Source of the DNA: Synechococcus sp.
GTDB lineage: Bacteria > Cyanobacteriota > Cyanobacteriia > Thermostichales > PCC-7336
Reading direction: 5' to 3'
NCBI GenBank assembly: GCA_051439605.1
Contig: JBFRWN010000128.1
Location: 1 to 49,941, forward strand
Length of the DNA stretch: 49,941 nt
A program made the translations under genes and the position numbers. Under the pieces are notes generated by a model, which was given only the letters and a program-made list of their open reading frames with translations, made no database searches and was not told the DNA's origin. The stretch's first letter is position 1; each line of letters begins with the position of its first letter. This document shows, in pieces, positions 26,216 through 36,698 of the stretch.

Positions 26216-29044
26216 TTAAAAGCTACCTTGCAGGGCATCAACACAGCGCTCGCACAGTTCGGGATGCTCGGAGCATGCTCCCACTTGGGTGGAGTAGTTC
26301 CAACAGCGGACGCATTTGGATCCGTCAGCCTTCTGCACTTCCACCTTTATTCCTTTGCCATCCTGGGTCAGCTCTACCTGCGAGGTAATGAACAAGTAGC
26401 GTAGGAATTCTGCGCGATCGCTCAGCAGCTCGTGCAAATGGGCATCCCCAACAGAAAGCAGCACCTTTGCCTCTGCAGCTGCCCCAATTAGCTTGTTACT
26501 GCGGGCGGTCTCCAACGATTTATTCACTTCATCCCGCACCTGGCGCAGCAGCACCCAATCTTCTGCCAAATCTGGATGATTCCATTGCTCTGGCAGGTAT
26601 AACCAACCGGACTGGAACACGGATTTAGATTCCACTTCGTAAGGAAGGTGACTCCAGATATCCTCCGCCATGTGGGATAGCACCGGGGCGATCGCCTTGG
26701 TTAGATTTTCTAGAATCAGGGCCAGTACAGTCTGACACTGGCGGCGGCGAGCCACGCCAGGGGAGCTGATGTAGAGGCGGTCCTTGGCGATATCCAGGTA
26801 GAAGTTTGAGAGATCGACGACGCAGAAGTTCTGCACCGCTTGGAAGAAGCGGAAGAACTGGTAGGTTTCAAATGCATCGGTGATTTCTAAGCACACCTCG
26901 CGATGGCGGTGCAGCATGTAGCGATCGAGTTCCGAGAGGTCTTCGTACGCCACCGCATCTGTAGCCGGGTTGAAATCGTACAGATTGCTGAGCAGGAAGC
27001 GGGCGGTGTTGCGCACCTTGCGGTACACGTCTGACATTTGGCTGATGATGGTTTTTCCGATGGGCACATCGCCGCTGTAATCGACGCTGGATACCCACAG
27101 CCGCAGCACGTCCGCGCCGTAAGCAGGCTCTTTCTTCTGGTTCTTCCCCCCTTCGATAATCACCATCGGATCGACCACGTTGCCGAGAGACTTACTCATT
27201 TTTTGTCCCTTCTCATCCAGCACAAAGCCGTGGGTCAACACAGACTTGTAGGGGGCACAGTCATTGACAGCCACAGAGGTGAGCAAGCTGGACTGGAACC
27301 AGCCGCGATGCTGGTCGGATCCTTCTAGGTACAAATCGACGGGATATCCCAAGTTGTCCCGCTGTTTGGCCACCGCCGCCCAAGAGGACCCGGAGTCAAA
27401 CCACACGTCCATGGTGTCCGTCCCTTTGACGTAGGTGTGACCGTTGTTGCGATATTTCACAGGCAGCAGATCTTCCACCGGTAGCTTCCACCAGGCATCT
27501 GACCCCTGCTCTCCGAAGGTATCGCGAATGTGGGCAATGGTGTCCTCGTTCAGCAGCTCTTCGCCAGTCTCTTTGTCGTAGAACACGGGAATCGGTACCC
27601 CCCAAGCCCGCTGGCGGGAGATGCACCAGTCGGAGCGATCGCTCACCATTGGGGTAATGCGGTTTTCGCCGACGGCAGGCACCCATTTCACCTCTTTTAT
27701 CGCCTTCAGGGCCGCATCCCGGAATCCTTCCACCGAGGCAAACCACTGGGTGGTAGCCCGGAAAATGGTGGGTTGCTTGGTACGCCAGTCGTAGGGGTAC
27801 TTGTGGACGTAGGGTTCCTCTTTCATCAGGGCACCCACCTCGGTAAGGGCGTCGATCGCCGCCTGGTTGCCGCTGGTGGCCTTGTCTTTGGAGAGCACGT
27901 CCAGACCCACAAACCGCTCTCCCGCTTCCTCCGTAAATTTTCCCTGCGCATCAACGGGTGACAGAATATCGAGGCCGTATTTCTTGCCGGTATTAAAGTC
28001 GTCTTGACCGTGGCCGGGGGCGGTATGAACGATGCCGGTACCCGATTCCGTAGTGACGTAATCACCCAGCACGCAGAGGCTGGGGCGATCGTAGAGAGGA
28101 TGCTTGCCCGAGCTGCGCTCGATGACGCTGCCGGGGAAGGTGGTTTTCACGATCAGGGACTCACCAAAGGTGGCTTCCATGCTGTCCTTTAGATCGGCCG
28201 CAATGATGATATGGCCGAAGCTAGCGGATTCCACCACGGCATAGGTCAGCTTGGGGTTAAAGCAGAGGGCCAAGTTGGCGGGGATGGTCCAGGGGGTTGT
28301 GGTCCAGATGGCAACTCGCAAGTCGGGCATGAATTCCCCCAGATAGGCCTCCGCTTCGGGAGTCAACTCCTGAAGGGGGAAGGCGACATAGATGCTGCGG
28401 GAGGTGTGCCCTTCGGGGTATTCCAGTTCTGCCTCGGCTAGTGCGGTTTGGGAACTGGGACTCCAGTGCACGGACTTGAGGCCGCGGTAAATATATCCAT
28501 TCAGGGCCATCTTGCCGAACACTTCGATCTGGGCGGCTTCGTATTCCGGCTGCAGGGTCATGTAGGGATGTTCCCAGTCTCCCCACACCCCCAGACGCTT
28601 GAAGCCTTTCATTTGGCGGGTGATGGCCTTTTGGGCAAAGTCCCGCGCCTTGTATCGCAGCTTGATAGGCGTCAGCGTATCTCGTTGTTCCGGCTGCATG
28701 CTTTGCAGCACCTTCAGTTCGATGGGCAAGCCGTGGCAATCCCAACCGGGTACGTAGCGCACTTTGCGCCCTTGCAGCATTTGGTATTTGTTGATCACAT
28801 CCTTCAAGATTTTGTTCAGGGTGTGACCCATGTGGATATCGCCGTTGGCGTAGGGGGGGCCATCGTGAAGGATGAAGGGCTCACCGGGGTTTTCGGTCGA
28901 AAGCGTTTCGTAAATCTTGTCCTCTGCCCAACTCTTTTGAATTTGAGGCTCTTTTTGAGCCGCATTAGCCCGCATGGAAAATTGCGTCTGAGGCAGGTTG
29001 AGGGTGCTTTTGTAATCAACAGCAGTGGAGTTAGCTTCGCTCAC
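26216..29044 (-). CDS. ileS: Isoleucine--tRNA ligase
   Basis: HDGPPYANGDIHMGH, GWDCHGLPIE, WTTTPWT, DWCISRQR, KMSKS, C-terminal CxxC...CxxC zinc finger. Confidence 0.98.
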   Translation of the reverse strand: MSEANSTAVDYKSTLNLPQTQFSMRANAAQKEPQIQKSWAEDKIYETLSTENPGEPFILHDGPPYANGDIHMGHTLNKILKDVINKYQMLQGRKVRYVPGWDCHGLPIELKVLQSMQPEQRDTLTPIKLRYKARDFAQKAITRQMKGFKRLGVWGDWEHPYMTLQPEYEAAQIEVFGKMALNGYIYRGLKSVHWSPSSQTALAEAELEYPEGHTSRSIYVAFPLQELTPEAEAYLGEFMPDLRVAIWTTTPWTIPANLALCFNPKLTYAVVESASFGHIIIAADLKDSMEATFGESLIVKTTFPGSVIERSSGKHPLYDRPSLCVLGDYVTTESGTGIVHTAPGHGQDDFNTGKKYGLDILSPVDAQGKFTEEAGERFVGLDVLSKDKATSGNQAAIDALTEVGALMKEEPYVHKYPYDWRTKQPTIFRATTQWFASVEGFRDAALKAIKEVKWVPAVGENRITPMVSDRSDWCISRQRAWGVPIPVFYDKETGEELLNEDTIAHIRDTFGEQGSDAWWKLPVEDLLPVKYRNNGHTYVKGTDTMDVWFDSGSSWAAVAKQRDNLGYPVDLYLEGSDQHRGWFQSSLLTSVAVNDCAPYKSVLTHGFVLDEKGQKMSKSLGNVVDPMVIIEGGKNQKKEPAYGADVLRLWVSSVDYSGDVPIGKTIISQMSDVYRKVRNTARFLLSNLYDFNPATDAVAYEDLSELDRYMLHRHREVCLEITDAFETYQFFRFFQAVQNFCVVDLSNFYLDIAKDRLYISSPGVARRRQCQTVLALILENLTKAIAPVLSHMAEDIWSHLPYEVESKSVFQSGWLYLPEQWNHPDLAEDWVLLRQVRDEVNKSLETARSNKLIGAAAEAKVLLSVGDAHLHELLSDRAEFLRYLFITSQVELTQDGKGIKVEVQKADGSKCVRCWNYSTQVGACSEHPELCERCVDALQGSF

Positions 29045-29336
29045 GGGGTTTTCAAACTTAACGGCCGAATCGTCCCCATTGTAAAAACCTATGGGCTTGT
29101 CAGCGATGTTGATTGTGAATGAATCAGATGCATCTTACTAATTGAGGGAAACGTGAAAGAGTCAGATCCTAATGAATTGCAGACATTCATGACTTGCGAG
29201 CGGGTGCTTTTGAATCGGGGTTGATACCCTAGCCTTAGGACCTGCACATCTGCTTGCGTTACCCAGCAAGCCATTGTACAGATTGACTCCCACTCCGCGA
29301 GGTCCTCCAGCGTCTAGCTCGTTCTCTCAATCAGCC

Positions 29337-30305
29337 ATGACTAAATCAACTAAGCCTCAGAAAAAGGATCGCGATCGCACCCTACCCCACCTTGAAGTGC
29401 TGCCCACCCCGAAAAAATCGGGCAAATCCAAAAAGAATCGGGGCAAGAAAAAGCTGAAAAAATCTCAGCAGAGGAAACTGGCGACTGCGCAGGCAGAGGT
29501 AAACGGCCGCGATATCGGCTTCAAGCCATCGAAGAAGCTATCCAAAAAGGTTTACAACCGAGAACTAAAACGGCTCCAACTGGAATTAGTCAAGCTGCAG
29601 GAATGGGTGATCCAGACAGGACTCAAGGTGGTTGTGATATTTGAAGGACGTGACGCGGCTGGGAAAGGGGGAACGATCAAGCGGATTATGGACTGCCTCA
29701 ACCCCCGGTATTGCAAGGTCGCCGCTCTGGCGAAACCCACCGAGCGAGAGCAAACCCAGTGGTATTTCCAGCGCTACGTGCAACATTTACCTTCCGCCGG
29801 AGAAATCGTGCTGTTCGATCGCAGTTGGTACAACCGGGCAGGAGTGGAACGGGTGATGGGCTTTTGTACGGATCGAGAATATTTCGAATTTTTGCGCTCC
29901 TGTCCCGAATTTGAATGTATGCTGAAACGCTCGGGAATCATCCTGCTCAAATATTGGTTTTCGGTGAGTTCCGAAGAGCAAGAGCGGCGATTTTTGGACC
30001 GCAGCCTCAATCCCTCCAAACGTTGGAAACTCAGCTCAATGGATCTGGAGGCCCGCGCTCGCTGGGTGGAATATTCCAAAGCCAAAGACGACATGTTTGA
30101 AGCGACGGACATCAAGAGATCTCCCTGGTACGTGGTCAATAGCGACGTCAAGAAAAAGGCGCGCCTCAATTGTATTTCCCACTTACTAAGTATGATTCCC
30201 TATCGGGATCTGACGCCGAAGCCCCTCAAGCTTCCCCCCCGCCAAGAAGGGGATTACCTCCGTCCTCCCACTAGCCTGCAAACGTTTGTTCCGGAGATTT
30301 ATTAA
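29337..30305 (+). CDS. ppk2: Polyphosphate kinase 2
   Basis: FEGRDAAGKGG, FDRSWYNRAGVERVMGF; Lys-rich N-terminus. Confidence 0.95.
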   Translation: MTKSTKPQKKDRDRTLPHLEVLPTPKKSGKSKKNRGKKKLKKSQQRKLATAQAEVNGRDIGFKPSKKLSKKVYNRELKRLQLELVKLQEWVIQTGLKVVVIFEGRDAAGKGGTIKRIMDCLNPRYCKVAALAKPTEREQTQWYFQRYVQHLPSAGEIVLFDRSWYNRAGVERVMGFCTDREYFEFLRSCPEFECMLKRSGIILLKYWFSVSSEEQERRFLDRSLNPSKRWKLSSMDLEARARWVEYSKAKDDMFEATDIKRSPWYVVNSDVKKKARLNCISHLLSMIPYRDLTPKPLKLPPRQEGDYLRPPTSLQTFVPEIY

Positions 30306-30385
30306 ATCTGGCATCGGCAAGGGTTGAGGAGTGGGGGATTGGTCGAGCTGTATTTGCGTTAGAAAGGGACAGGGAGATCGCTGTT

Positions 30386-30835
30386 TTAGTTGAGACAGTC
30401 TCTCCAACATGGAGCCTCTTCCATTGGGGTGAGGTCGATTTGAAAGGGCTGAAACAGGGGGTCGGAACTGGCTGGGGAGGGGGTGATGGCGATGGTGGCA
30501 GATTCCATTCCCGAAAGGGTCAGCTCAAATTGGTACAGACTGCCGCTTCCAGGGAGCCGATTGGGATTGGGAATTAGCTTCGGACCTTTCACGGGAAGGG
30601 TTGAACTGGATTTGTCTACCCTCCAGGTGACAGGGTCCCCCGGCAGCTGAATATAGATGGGGGTGTGGCTAGGTACGGATTGGGTAATGTGGTTGTGAAC
30701 TTGGGTGAACACCACTGAAGTTCTATTTTTTTCTGCAGGGGTACTGGGTTTCCAGGCAAATCCCATTAGTAGGACTGACAGGGCGAGGAGAGCAATCGCC
30801 CCTAATCGTTTACCTGTAGCAGTATGGGTCATCAC
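30386..30835 (-). CDS. Hypothetical secreted beta-rich protein
   Basis: Signal peptide-like N-terminus; co-oriented downstream of the multicopper oxidase. Confidence 0.6.
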   Translation of the reverse strand: MMTHTATGKRLGAIALLALSVLLMGFAWKPSTPAEKNRTSVVFTQVHNHITQSVPSHTPIYIQLPGDPVTWRVDKSSSTLPVKGPKLIPNPNRLPGSGSLYQFELTLSGMESATIAITPSPASSDPLFQPFQIDLTPMEEAPCWRDCLN

Positions 30836-30984
30836 GATAGGGATACCTGAGGGTTAGGTCAGAACGAAAGAACGTGTGGGTGAAAAAGTGTTCAATCAAG
30901 AGGTTTTAGGTGCGATGCAAGTGCCCGATCGATCTCGCTTGATTGAGGTTGCGGCGAGACATTTCAGGCTCTGTAGTGTTAGGT

Positions 30985-32550
30985 CTATGCTGTGCTTCCC
31001 AGCATCACGGTGCCCATCATGCCGTTATCTTCGTGGGGCAAAATATGGCAGTGATAAACGGTTTTGCCGGGAATATCCGGTCGGAAATACATGCGGATGG
31101 TGACGCGGCCTTTGGGGGGCATGCGAAAGACATCCCACCAGGCTTTGGGGTTGTAATTCCAGGTGAGATCCCCCGGGGGAATGCCCTGGATGTCCACCAC
31201 TTGAAATGGATTGACGTGGATGTGGAAGGGATGCTGAAACACATCGTGGTTAACGAGCGTCCATTCTTCCACCGTGCCCAGTTCAACCGCTTGATCAATG
31301 CGATTGGGATCGAACGCTTTGTCGTCAATAGTGAAGCGAACGGGTGCACCGGAAATATCCCCAGCAAAATCTAGACGCCTCCGTTTGGCGACGGGTAAGC
31401 GATCGATATTGGGGGGCTTGACCAGTCGGGTAGGTAATTTTCCGTCAACCGTTTGGCCGGAAGAGACCAGTCGTCCTAGCAGACGTTCTGGGCGTGGACC
31501 ACCGGGATGGCCTTGGTCGTAGGCCAAAGCCTTAAAGGCGTAGGTGCCAGCTCGACCTCCTTTCACCAGGAGCTCTGCCCGATTGCCCGCCGATAGCAAA
31601 ATTTCATCCATGGGACGGGGGGTGTCAAATGGGATACCGTCTTGGCCAATTTGGTAGAGGGTGTGCCCCTCCAGCTTGAGACGGAAAAACCGGTGGGGGG
31701 CAGCGGCCAGCACTCGCCACCTCTGGACTTCACCCGGTCGTATGGAGATATCGGGCTGCAGCATGCCGTTGATGGTAAATAGCATGTCGGTGGGAACGGC
31801 GGGAATCGACGTAAAGGGGGAAAACCCAGCATTGGGGACTACCACCGAAGCAGGGACTTCTCCGGCGGGATTCACCCACAGTCCGTTCAGCACCATGATG
31901 CGATCGCGGGCGGCAGCAATCTCCGGGACGTAGTCAATTTCTCCTTCCACAACAATCGCCCCAGTTAGTCCCTGCCAGCTTTGATGAGTGGTGCTGGTGT
32001 GGCGATGGGGGTGATACCAATGCAACCCAGCGGGTTGGTTGTAGGGAATGTTGTATTCGTACTGGTGGCTTTCTCCGGGTTTGAGGGTGAGGAAAACATC
32101 GTCGCCCCCCCCTTGAGGGGATACCTGGAGACCGTGGGTGTGGATGTTGGTTAACAGCAGATCGCTTGGGTCAAAGCTGGGGGGGATGGGTCCATTTTGA
32201 GGAACACCCAGGGGCGTCATGCTATTTTTCAGCTTTAGGCGCAAGCAATCTCCGCCGCGAATTTTCAGGGTAGGACCGGGAAGACATCCATCGTAGGTGG
32301 CCCCAACAATTTGCCGATCGCCGATGCGCGTAAAGGTATTGCGCATATCGAAACTTGTGTCCAATACTCCATCGGAGCTTTGGCGAACGGGGGGGTCAAC
32401 GAATGGCGAGGTAGAGCTAGACACTGTCTTTGATAACGAGCCAGACAGGGGGCTGGCCTTGACTGATGGGAGTGATGCATTTCCCAACGCAACAGCGGCA
32501 GCAAGCAAGCTAGACTGTCGAAGAAACATGCGTCTGTCCATCTGCATCAC
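30985..32550 (-). CDS. Tat-exported multicopper oxidase (laccase/CueO-like)
   Basis: DRRMFL Tat motif; HTHG, WYHPH, HPFHIH, HCHILPHEDNGMM copper ligands. Confidence 0.93.
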   Translation of the reverse strand: MMQMDRRMFLRQSSLLAAAVALGNASLPSVKASPLSGSLSKTVSSSTSPFVDPPVRQSSDGVLDTSFDMRNTFTRIGDRQIVGATYDGCLPGPTLKIRGGDCLRLKLKNSMTPLGVPQNGPIPPSFDPSDLLLTNIHTHGLQVSPQGGGDDVFLTLKPGESHQYEYNIPYNQPAGLHWYHPHRHTSTTHQSWQGLTGAIVVEGEIDYVPEIAAARDRIMVLNGLWVNPAGEVPASVVVPNAGFSPFTSIPAVPTDMLFTINGMLQPDISIRPGEVQRWRVLAAAPHRFFRLKLEGHTLYQIGQDGIPFDTPRPMDEILLSAGNRAELLVKGGRAGTYAFKALAYDQGHPGGPRPERLLGRLVSSGQTVDGKLPTRLVKPPNIDRLPVAKRRRLDFAGDISGAPVRFTIDDKAFDPNRIDQAVELGTVEEWTLVNHDVFQHPFHIHVNPFQVVDIQGIPPGDLTWNYNPKAWWDVFRMPPKGRVTIRMYFRPDIPGKTVYHCHILPHEDNGMMGTVMLGSTA

Positions 32551-32821
32551 TCCCAGATCGGTCTCTCTTTAGTAAGGAATGCCCGCTGACTCGGCGCACA
32601 AAGACGCCGAATTTGTGTAGGGCGACCGTCAAGTCGCTGAGGGCAGCTGAGCAAACTAGGCCTCTGACTGGGCATGAAGCTTGCTGTCCTAACTGAGATA
32701 GCAACAGCTTTAGGATGCGTTATGCTCTGCTGGGCTCCAGAGTCATATAACGAATTCTTTAGGGTGTAGGATTGGCGAGGCTTGATACAGTTATTTCGCT
32801 CTTCTGGCTTTGTGTTCGACT

Positions 32822-33463
32822 ATGTCTGCTGCCGATTCACCCTCAATTGGGACTCTTTCGGGAGGAACTGCCCTCCGGTTGGGGATTATGGCCTCGGGTA
32901 AAGGAAGTAATTTTGTGGCGATCGCCGAGGCTATCCGCAGTGGTCAGTTGGATGCCGAGGTGCAGGTGGTTGTCTATAACAACCCCGGTGCTGGGGTGGT
33001 GGAACGGGCGCAAGAGTTTGATATTCCCACTGTCTTAGTGAATCATCGCGAGTTTGATTGCCGCGAGGACGTCGATCGGCGGGTGGCTCAAGTCTTGAAG
33101 CAGCACAATGTGGATCTGGTCGTGATGGCGGGTTGGATGCGTCGAGTGACGCAGGTGCTGATCGACGCTTTTCCCCAGCGGATGCTTAACATTCATCCCA
33201 GTTTGTTGCCCAGTTTTCCCGGTCTTCATGCGGTGGGCCAAGCCCTGAATTACGGCGTCAAATATTCTGGCTGCACCGTCCATTGGGTGGAATTGGCAGT
33301 GGACAGCGGCCCGATCGTGCATCAGGCGGCAGTACCAGTGATGCCTGATGATACCGAAGAGACTTTACAGGCTCGCATACAGTTAGAAGAGCACCGCATT
33401 TACCCAGAGGCGATCGCCATGGTCGCTCAAGAGATTGGCGCACAGCAAATGAGCTCACTATAA
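32822..33463 (+). CDS. purN: Phosphoribosylglycinamide formyltransferase
   Basis: ASGKGSNF, NIHPSLLPSFPG, GCTVH, DSGPI, EHRIYP. Confidence 0.96.
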   Translation: MSAADSPSIGTLSGGTALRLGIMASGKGSNFVAIAEAIRSGQLDAEVQVVVYNNPGAGVVERAQEFDIPTVLVNHREFDCREDVDRRVAQVLKQHNVDLVVMAGWMRRVTQVLIDAFPQRMLNIHPSLLPSFPGLHAVGQALNYGVKYSGCTVHWVELAVDSGPIVHQAAVPVMPDDTEETLQARIQLEEHRIYPEAIAMVAQEIGAQQMSSL

Positions 33464-33470
33464 ATTCAGC

Positions 33471-33671
33471 TCAAGGGGAATTACAGTACCGGGAAATTGT
33501 GGCTGCAAGCCCGTCTTCACCGGCTATGTATAGTATTGAAAACGCTCCGAACAGAAAGCGTTCTATTCCTCTCCTCCTGACGCCGTTCTCCTTCGGAAGA
33601 AATGTTGCCAGGCTAAACAGCAAAAGCCCCAAGCAGAAATATACCGCTTTCATAAATGGTCTTAAAACCAC
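33471..33671 (-). CDS. Possible small membrane protein
   Basis: 66-aa ORF with two hydrophobic stretches filling the gap; no recognised motif. Confidence 0.3.
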   Translation of the reverse strand: MVLRPFMKAVYFCLGLLLFSLATFLPKENGVRRRGIERFLFGAFSILYIAGEDGLAATISRYCNSP

Positions 33672-33758
33672 ATTTCTATCTTCAGCGATCTCTACGCGAT
33701 TGAGTGATAACTGACAAAAAAGTATAAGGGTCTAATCGGATTCTCAATGGGAACTGCT

Positions 33759-34526
33759 TTACGAAAAAGATTGACGTCTGTAATGTTGCTGTCGATTAAA
33801 AGCTCGTTCGGCTTCGGTTAATACCGGGGACTCGATCGGTGCGCGCATGTCCCATTGCATCTGGGAGAGCAGCATTAAACACCCTCCCATGACTATTCCC
33901 GTGAACAGGAATTGCCAGCTAATAACGCTGGGTAACAAGATTAGCCCTAAAGCATGAATACCTGCGATGCAGAGAAACGATCGCGATTGCATGCCGACCC
34001 CAGTGATGAAATAGCCTAGGGCAACCAATGCCAACCACATGGGGCAGAGATTCATCAGGATATTCCCCCACCCTAAAAAGATGCCGAGGTCCGTCAACAC
34101 CACCCCTGCAACCATCAGCATTCCCCATCCGTAAACCACCCATGAAAGCTGTTCCACTCGAGCCCAAAAGTGGGTCAGGTTTGTCATCACAATCGTGCCA
34201 GCAATTGTCAAAGCGCTCCAAAGATAGGCTTGTAGCGACCAACTGATCGGGAAAAAATGCGCTGCAGCGAAGATAATGAAGGAGATAGCCCCCCAGAGTA
34301 GAAAGGCTTGGTCGATGCGGGTGTAGAAGGCAGAATGAAGATTGAAGGAGCCAACTTGCCAGTGTATTCGAAGCAAGCCGCATACGTCTTGGATATCTAA
34401 TTCCGTTTGTTTAGTGCGAAGGATGGGGCCAGAACCTATACCTAAATTCATGCTTGCCGGACAACTGTTCAGTTTGTTTGCACATCTTAACAAATATTCG
34501 CCATTTGTTTGCTTCTGTGACGGCAA
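33759..34526 (-). CDS. Hypothetical multi-TM membrane protein
   Basis: About 6 TM helices, 255-aa ORF; start uncertain. Confidence 0.7.
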   Translation of the reverse strand: MPSQKQTNGEYLLRCANKLNSCPASMNLGIGSGPILRTKQTELDIQDVCGLLRIHWQVGSFNLHSAFYTRIDQAFLLWGAISFIIFAAAHFFPISWSLQAYLWSALTIAGTIVMTNLTHFWARVEQLSWVVYGWGMLMVAGVVLTDLGIFLGWGNILMNLCPMWLALVALGYFITGVGMQSRSFLCIAGIHALGLILLPSVISWQFLFTGIVMGGCLMLLSQMQWDMRAPIESPVLTEAERAFNRQQHYRRQSFS

Positions 34527-34633
34527 GAGAAACTAAAAAACTCTCATCCAACGGGTGAGAGTCACGAAAAGCAAGCTTTATACCTGCTGATGTTGTTGTA
34601 TCGATAAACTACGCAGCAACGCGCCGCCATTGA

Positions 34634-35443
34634 CTAGTTTGCGCTGTAGAGGTGAACGTCCCGCTGAGGGAAGGGAATACTGATGCCCTCTCGGTCGAAG
34701 CGCTTTTTGAGACGCTCGTGGGTGTCAAAATAAACCCCCCAGTAGTTAGCAACAGTCACGTTGGGACGTACCGCAAAATTAACGCTACTATCACCCAATT
34801 CGAGGATGGCAACTGTCGGAGCCGGATCCTTGAGAATGCGTTCGTCGCTGGCTAACTCGTCTTCGATGATGGATTTAACGCGATCGATGTCAGCTTCGTA
34901 GCCCACCCCGAACACCATATCCAAACGGATGAAAGGCTTAGTGGAATAGTTGACGATGTTATCGCCGCTTATTTTAGCGTTGGGGACAATGGCGAACTTG
35001 TTGTCTGGAGTCACGATGGTAGTGGTGAACAGCTGGATTTCTTCAACAAACCCCGTTACGCCGCCACCCTCAATCAAATCGCCCACCTTAAAGGGGCGGA
35101 AAAATAGCATCATCACACCGGCAGCAAAGTTAGACAAAGATCCTTGCAGGGCTAAGCCGATGGCTAAACCTGCCGCACCAAAAATGGCGACCAAGGAGGC
35201 AGTTTGAACACCTACGCTGCCCAAAGCCGCCATAATGACAACACCACAAACGGCGATGTAAGCCAAGTTGCCGAGGAAACCAATTAGCGTTGCATCGACC
35301 TGCCATTTGACCAATAGTTGCTTGACGATTCGGCGGACAAACTTGGCCCCCCAAAATCCGATCAGCAGAATTAAAATCGCTGCGATAATACCTTGAGCAA
35401 ATTCAACCAGATTTTCCTGTATAAAAGTAATTAATTGATCCAT
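34634..35443 (-). CDS. mscS: Small-conductance mechanosensitive channel
   Basis: GAAGLAIGLALQGSLSNFAAG, RPFKVGD, IPFPQRDV. Confidence 0.93.
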   Translation of the reverse strand: MDQLITFIQENLVEFAQGIIAAILILLIGFWGAKFVRRIVKQLLVKWQVDATLIGFLGNLAYIAVCGVVIMAALGSVGVQTASLVAIFGAAGLAIGLALQGSLSNFAAGVMMLFFRPFKVGDLIEGGGVTGFVEEIQLFTTTIVTPDNKFAIVPNAKISGDNIVNYSTKPFIRLDMVFGVGYEADIDRVKSIIEDELASDERILKDPAPTVAILELGDSSVNFAVRPNVTVANYWGVYFDTHERLKKRFDREGISIPFPQRDVHLYSAN

Positions 35444-35799
35444 GTTTCACTCCCCCGCTTTTTTTACAATTGTAGATTTTTGGCAAAAATAAACACTCCA
35501 GTTTTATGTCTTTCACTTAAGTATGTCAAGCGGGACTAGCGACGGAAGGGATTTGATAAGTCGGTTTCTCCCGCATAAATTCTGTTGATTAATCAAGATT
35601 CCTTGTAACTTGTTTAAGTTTAAGAACCAGCGATTCAGTTGTTGAGACTTTATGGGTTTATGAGCTCGTGGAACCACAAACTGACCACCAGAGGTGTCAA
35701 GCCTAGAAGAAGAGGTTGGGGGTGAGATGCCCGTCTAACAGCAAAAGGGAAAGTTGGTGTAGCCTGTAAGAACAGAAGCTTAGTTAGTGAAAGTAAGAC

Positions 35800-36159
35800 A
35801 TGCTTAGCATTAACCTCTCAGATGCGGCTGTTCGCGAAGTGAAGCGGTTGCGTTCGAAGTATGACAATCCTGAGATGTGCCTGCGTTTGGGCGTAAAGGC
35901 CAGCGGCTGTTCGGGCATGTCCTACACCATGGCGTTTGAATCTGAACCTAAAGATGCTGACGAGCAGTTTGAATTTAACGGTTGCAAGGTCATTGTTGAC
36001 CCCCTCAGCCTCTCCATTATCGATGGCATGACAGTTGATTTTAGCGAAGACCTATTGGGAGGGGGCTTCCGATTTGAGAACCCCAATGCTGTCAACACCT
36101 GCGGCTGCGGTACCTCCTTCACCCCCGGTGAATCCGCCACTACCGCTGCATCTACTTAA
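35800..36159 (+). CDS. iscA: Fe-S cluster assembly accessory protein (HesB/IscA)
   Basis: GCSGMSY, FENPNA..TCGCGTSF. Confidence 0.9.
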   Translation: MLSINLSDAAVREVKRLRSKYDNPEMCLRLGVKASGCSGMSYTMAFESEPKDADEQFEFNGCKVIVDPLSLSIIDGMTVDFSEDLLGGGFRFENPNAVNTCGCGTSFTPGESATTAAST

Positions 36160-36160
36160 C

Positions 36161-36601
36161 CTATACCTCCTCTACTCCACAGTCAGCTGTTGATGCTGTT
36201 TGTGCCTTCCGTGAATCCAGACCTGGCGGTCCTTCCCATCCAAAGACCGCTAGGTCTATTTTGTGAGTTGCAGTGAAGGTAATTCCTTCATCTTGCAAAA
36301 TCTGTTTCTGTAAATCATCACTGCCATAGCGCATCGGCGATTCGGAAATTTCCCCTTTGGCATTGATGACTCGCTGCCAAGGAACATCGGTGTCTTTCTT
36401 AAGTCGAAACAGGGCATAGCCCACCTGTCGGGCATAACCTGGATAACCCGCCCAGCGAGCCACTTGGCCGTAGGTGGCCACTGTCCCGAATGGAATCTGC
36501 CGGACAATGTTGTAAATCTGCTTGTAGAGAGCTTGATTGGCCACTAATTCAGGATGGGGATAGCGACCGTCAAGCCGCTGAGTATGTTTTAGCTGTCCCA
36601 A
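36161..36601 (-). CDS. Alkyltransferase-like protein (ATL/YbaZ, MGMT family)
   Basis: IPFGTVATYGQVA, ARQVG, VPWQRV (Trp in place of the catalytic Cys). Confidence 0.88.
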   Translation of the reverse strand: MGQLKHTQRLDGRYPHPELVANQALYKQIYNIVRQIPFGTVATYGQVARWAGYPGYARQVGYALFRLKKDTDVPWQRVINAKGEISESPMRYGSDDLQKQILQDEGITFTATHKIDLAVFGWEGPPGLDSRKAQTASTADCGVEEV

Positions 36602-36698
36602 TCCATGACTGGGTATAGAGACTTACGTTTTAACTGTAATGCCAAAGACTAAAAAAGGTGAAGGCACAGGTAAATGAGTCCCTTGCAGAAACAATAGC

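Noticed and set aside
26868..29122. Several long overlapping or antisense ORFs inside ileS, and its visibly higher GC
   Set aside because: Explained by GC-rich codon usage in a housekeeping gene; no mobility signatures at the flanks
34598..34612. GTA-N9-TAC upstream of the 33759..34526 gene as an NtcA site
   Set aside because: Spacing is 9, not the required 8
35670..35700. GGAACC...GTCAA ECF-like promoter upstream of iscA
   Set aside because: Spacer is 19 nt, too long compared with the 16-17 nt consensus
36161..36601. Active O6-methylguanine methyltransferase (ogt)
   Set aside because: Active site is PWQR, not PCHR, so it is a non-catalytic ATL
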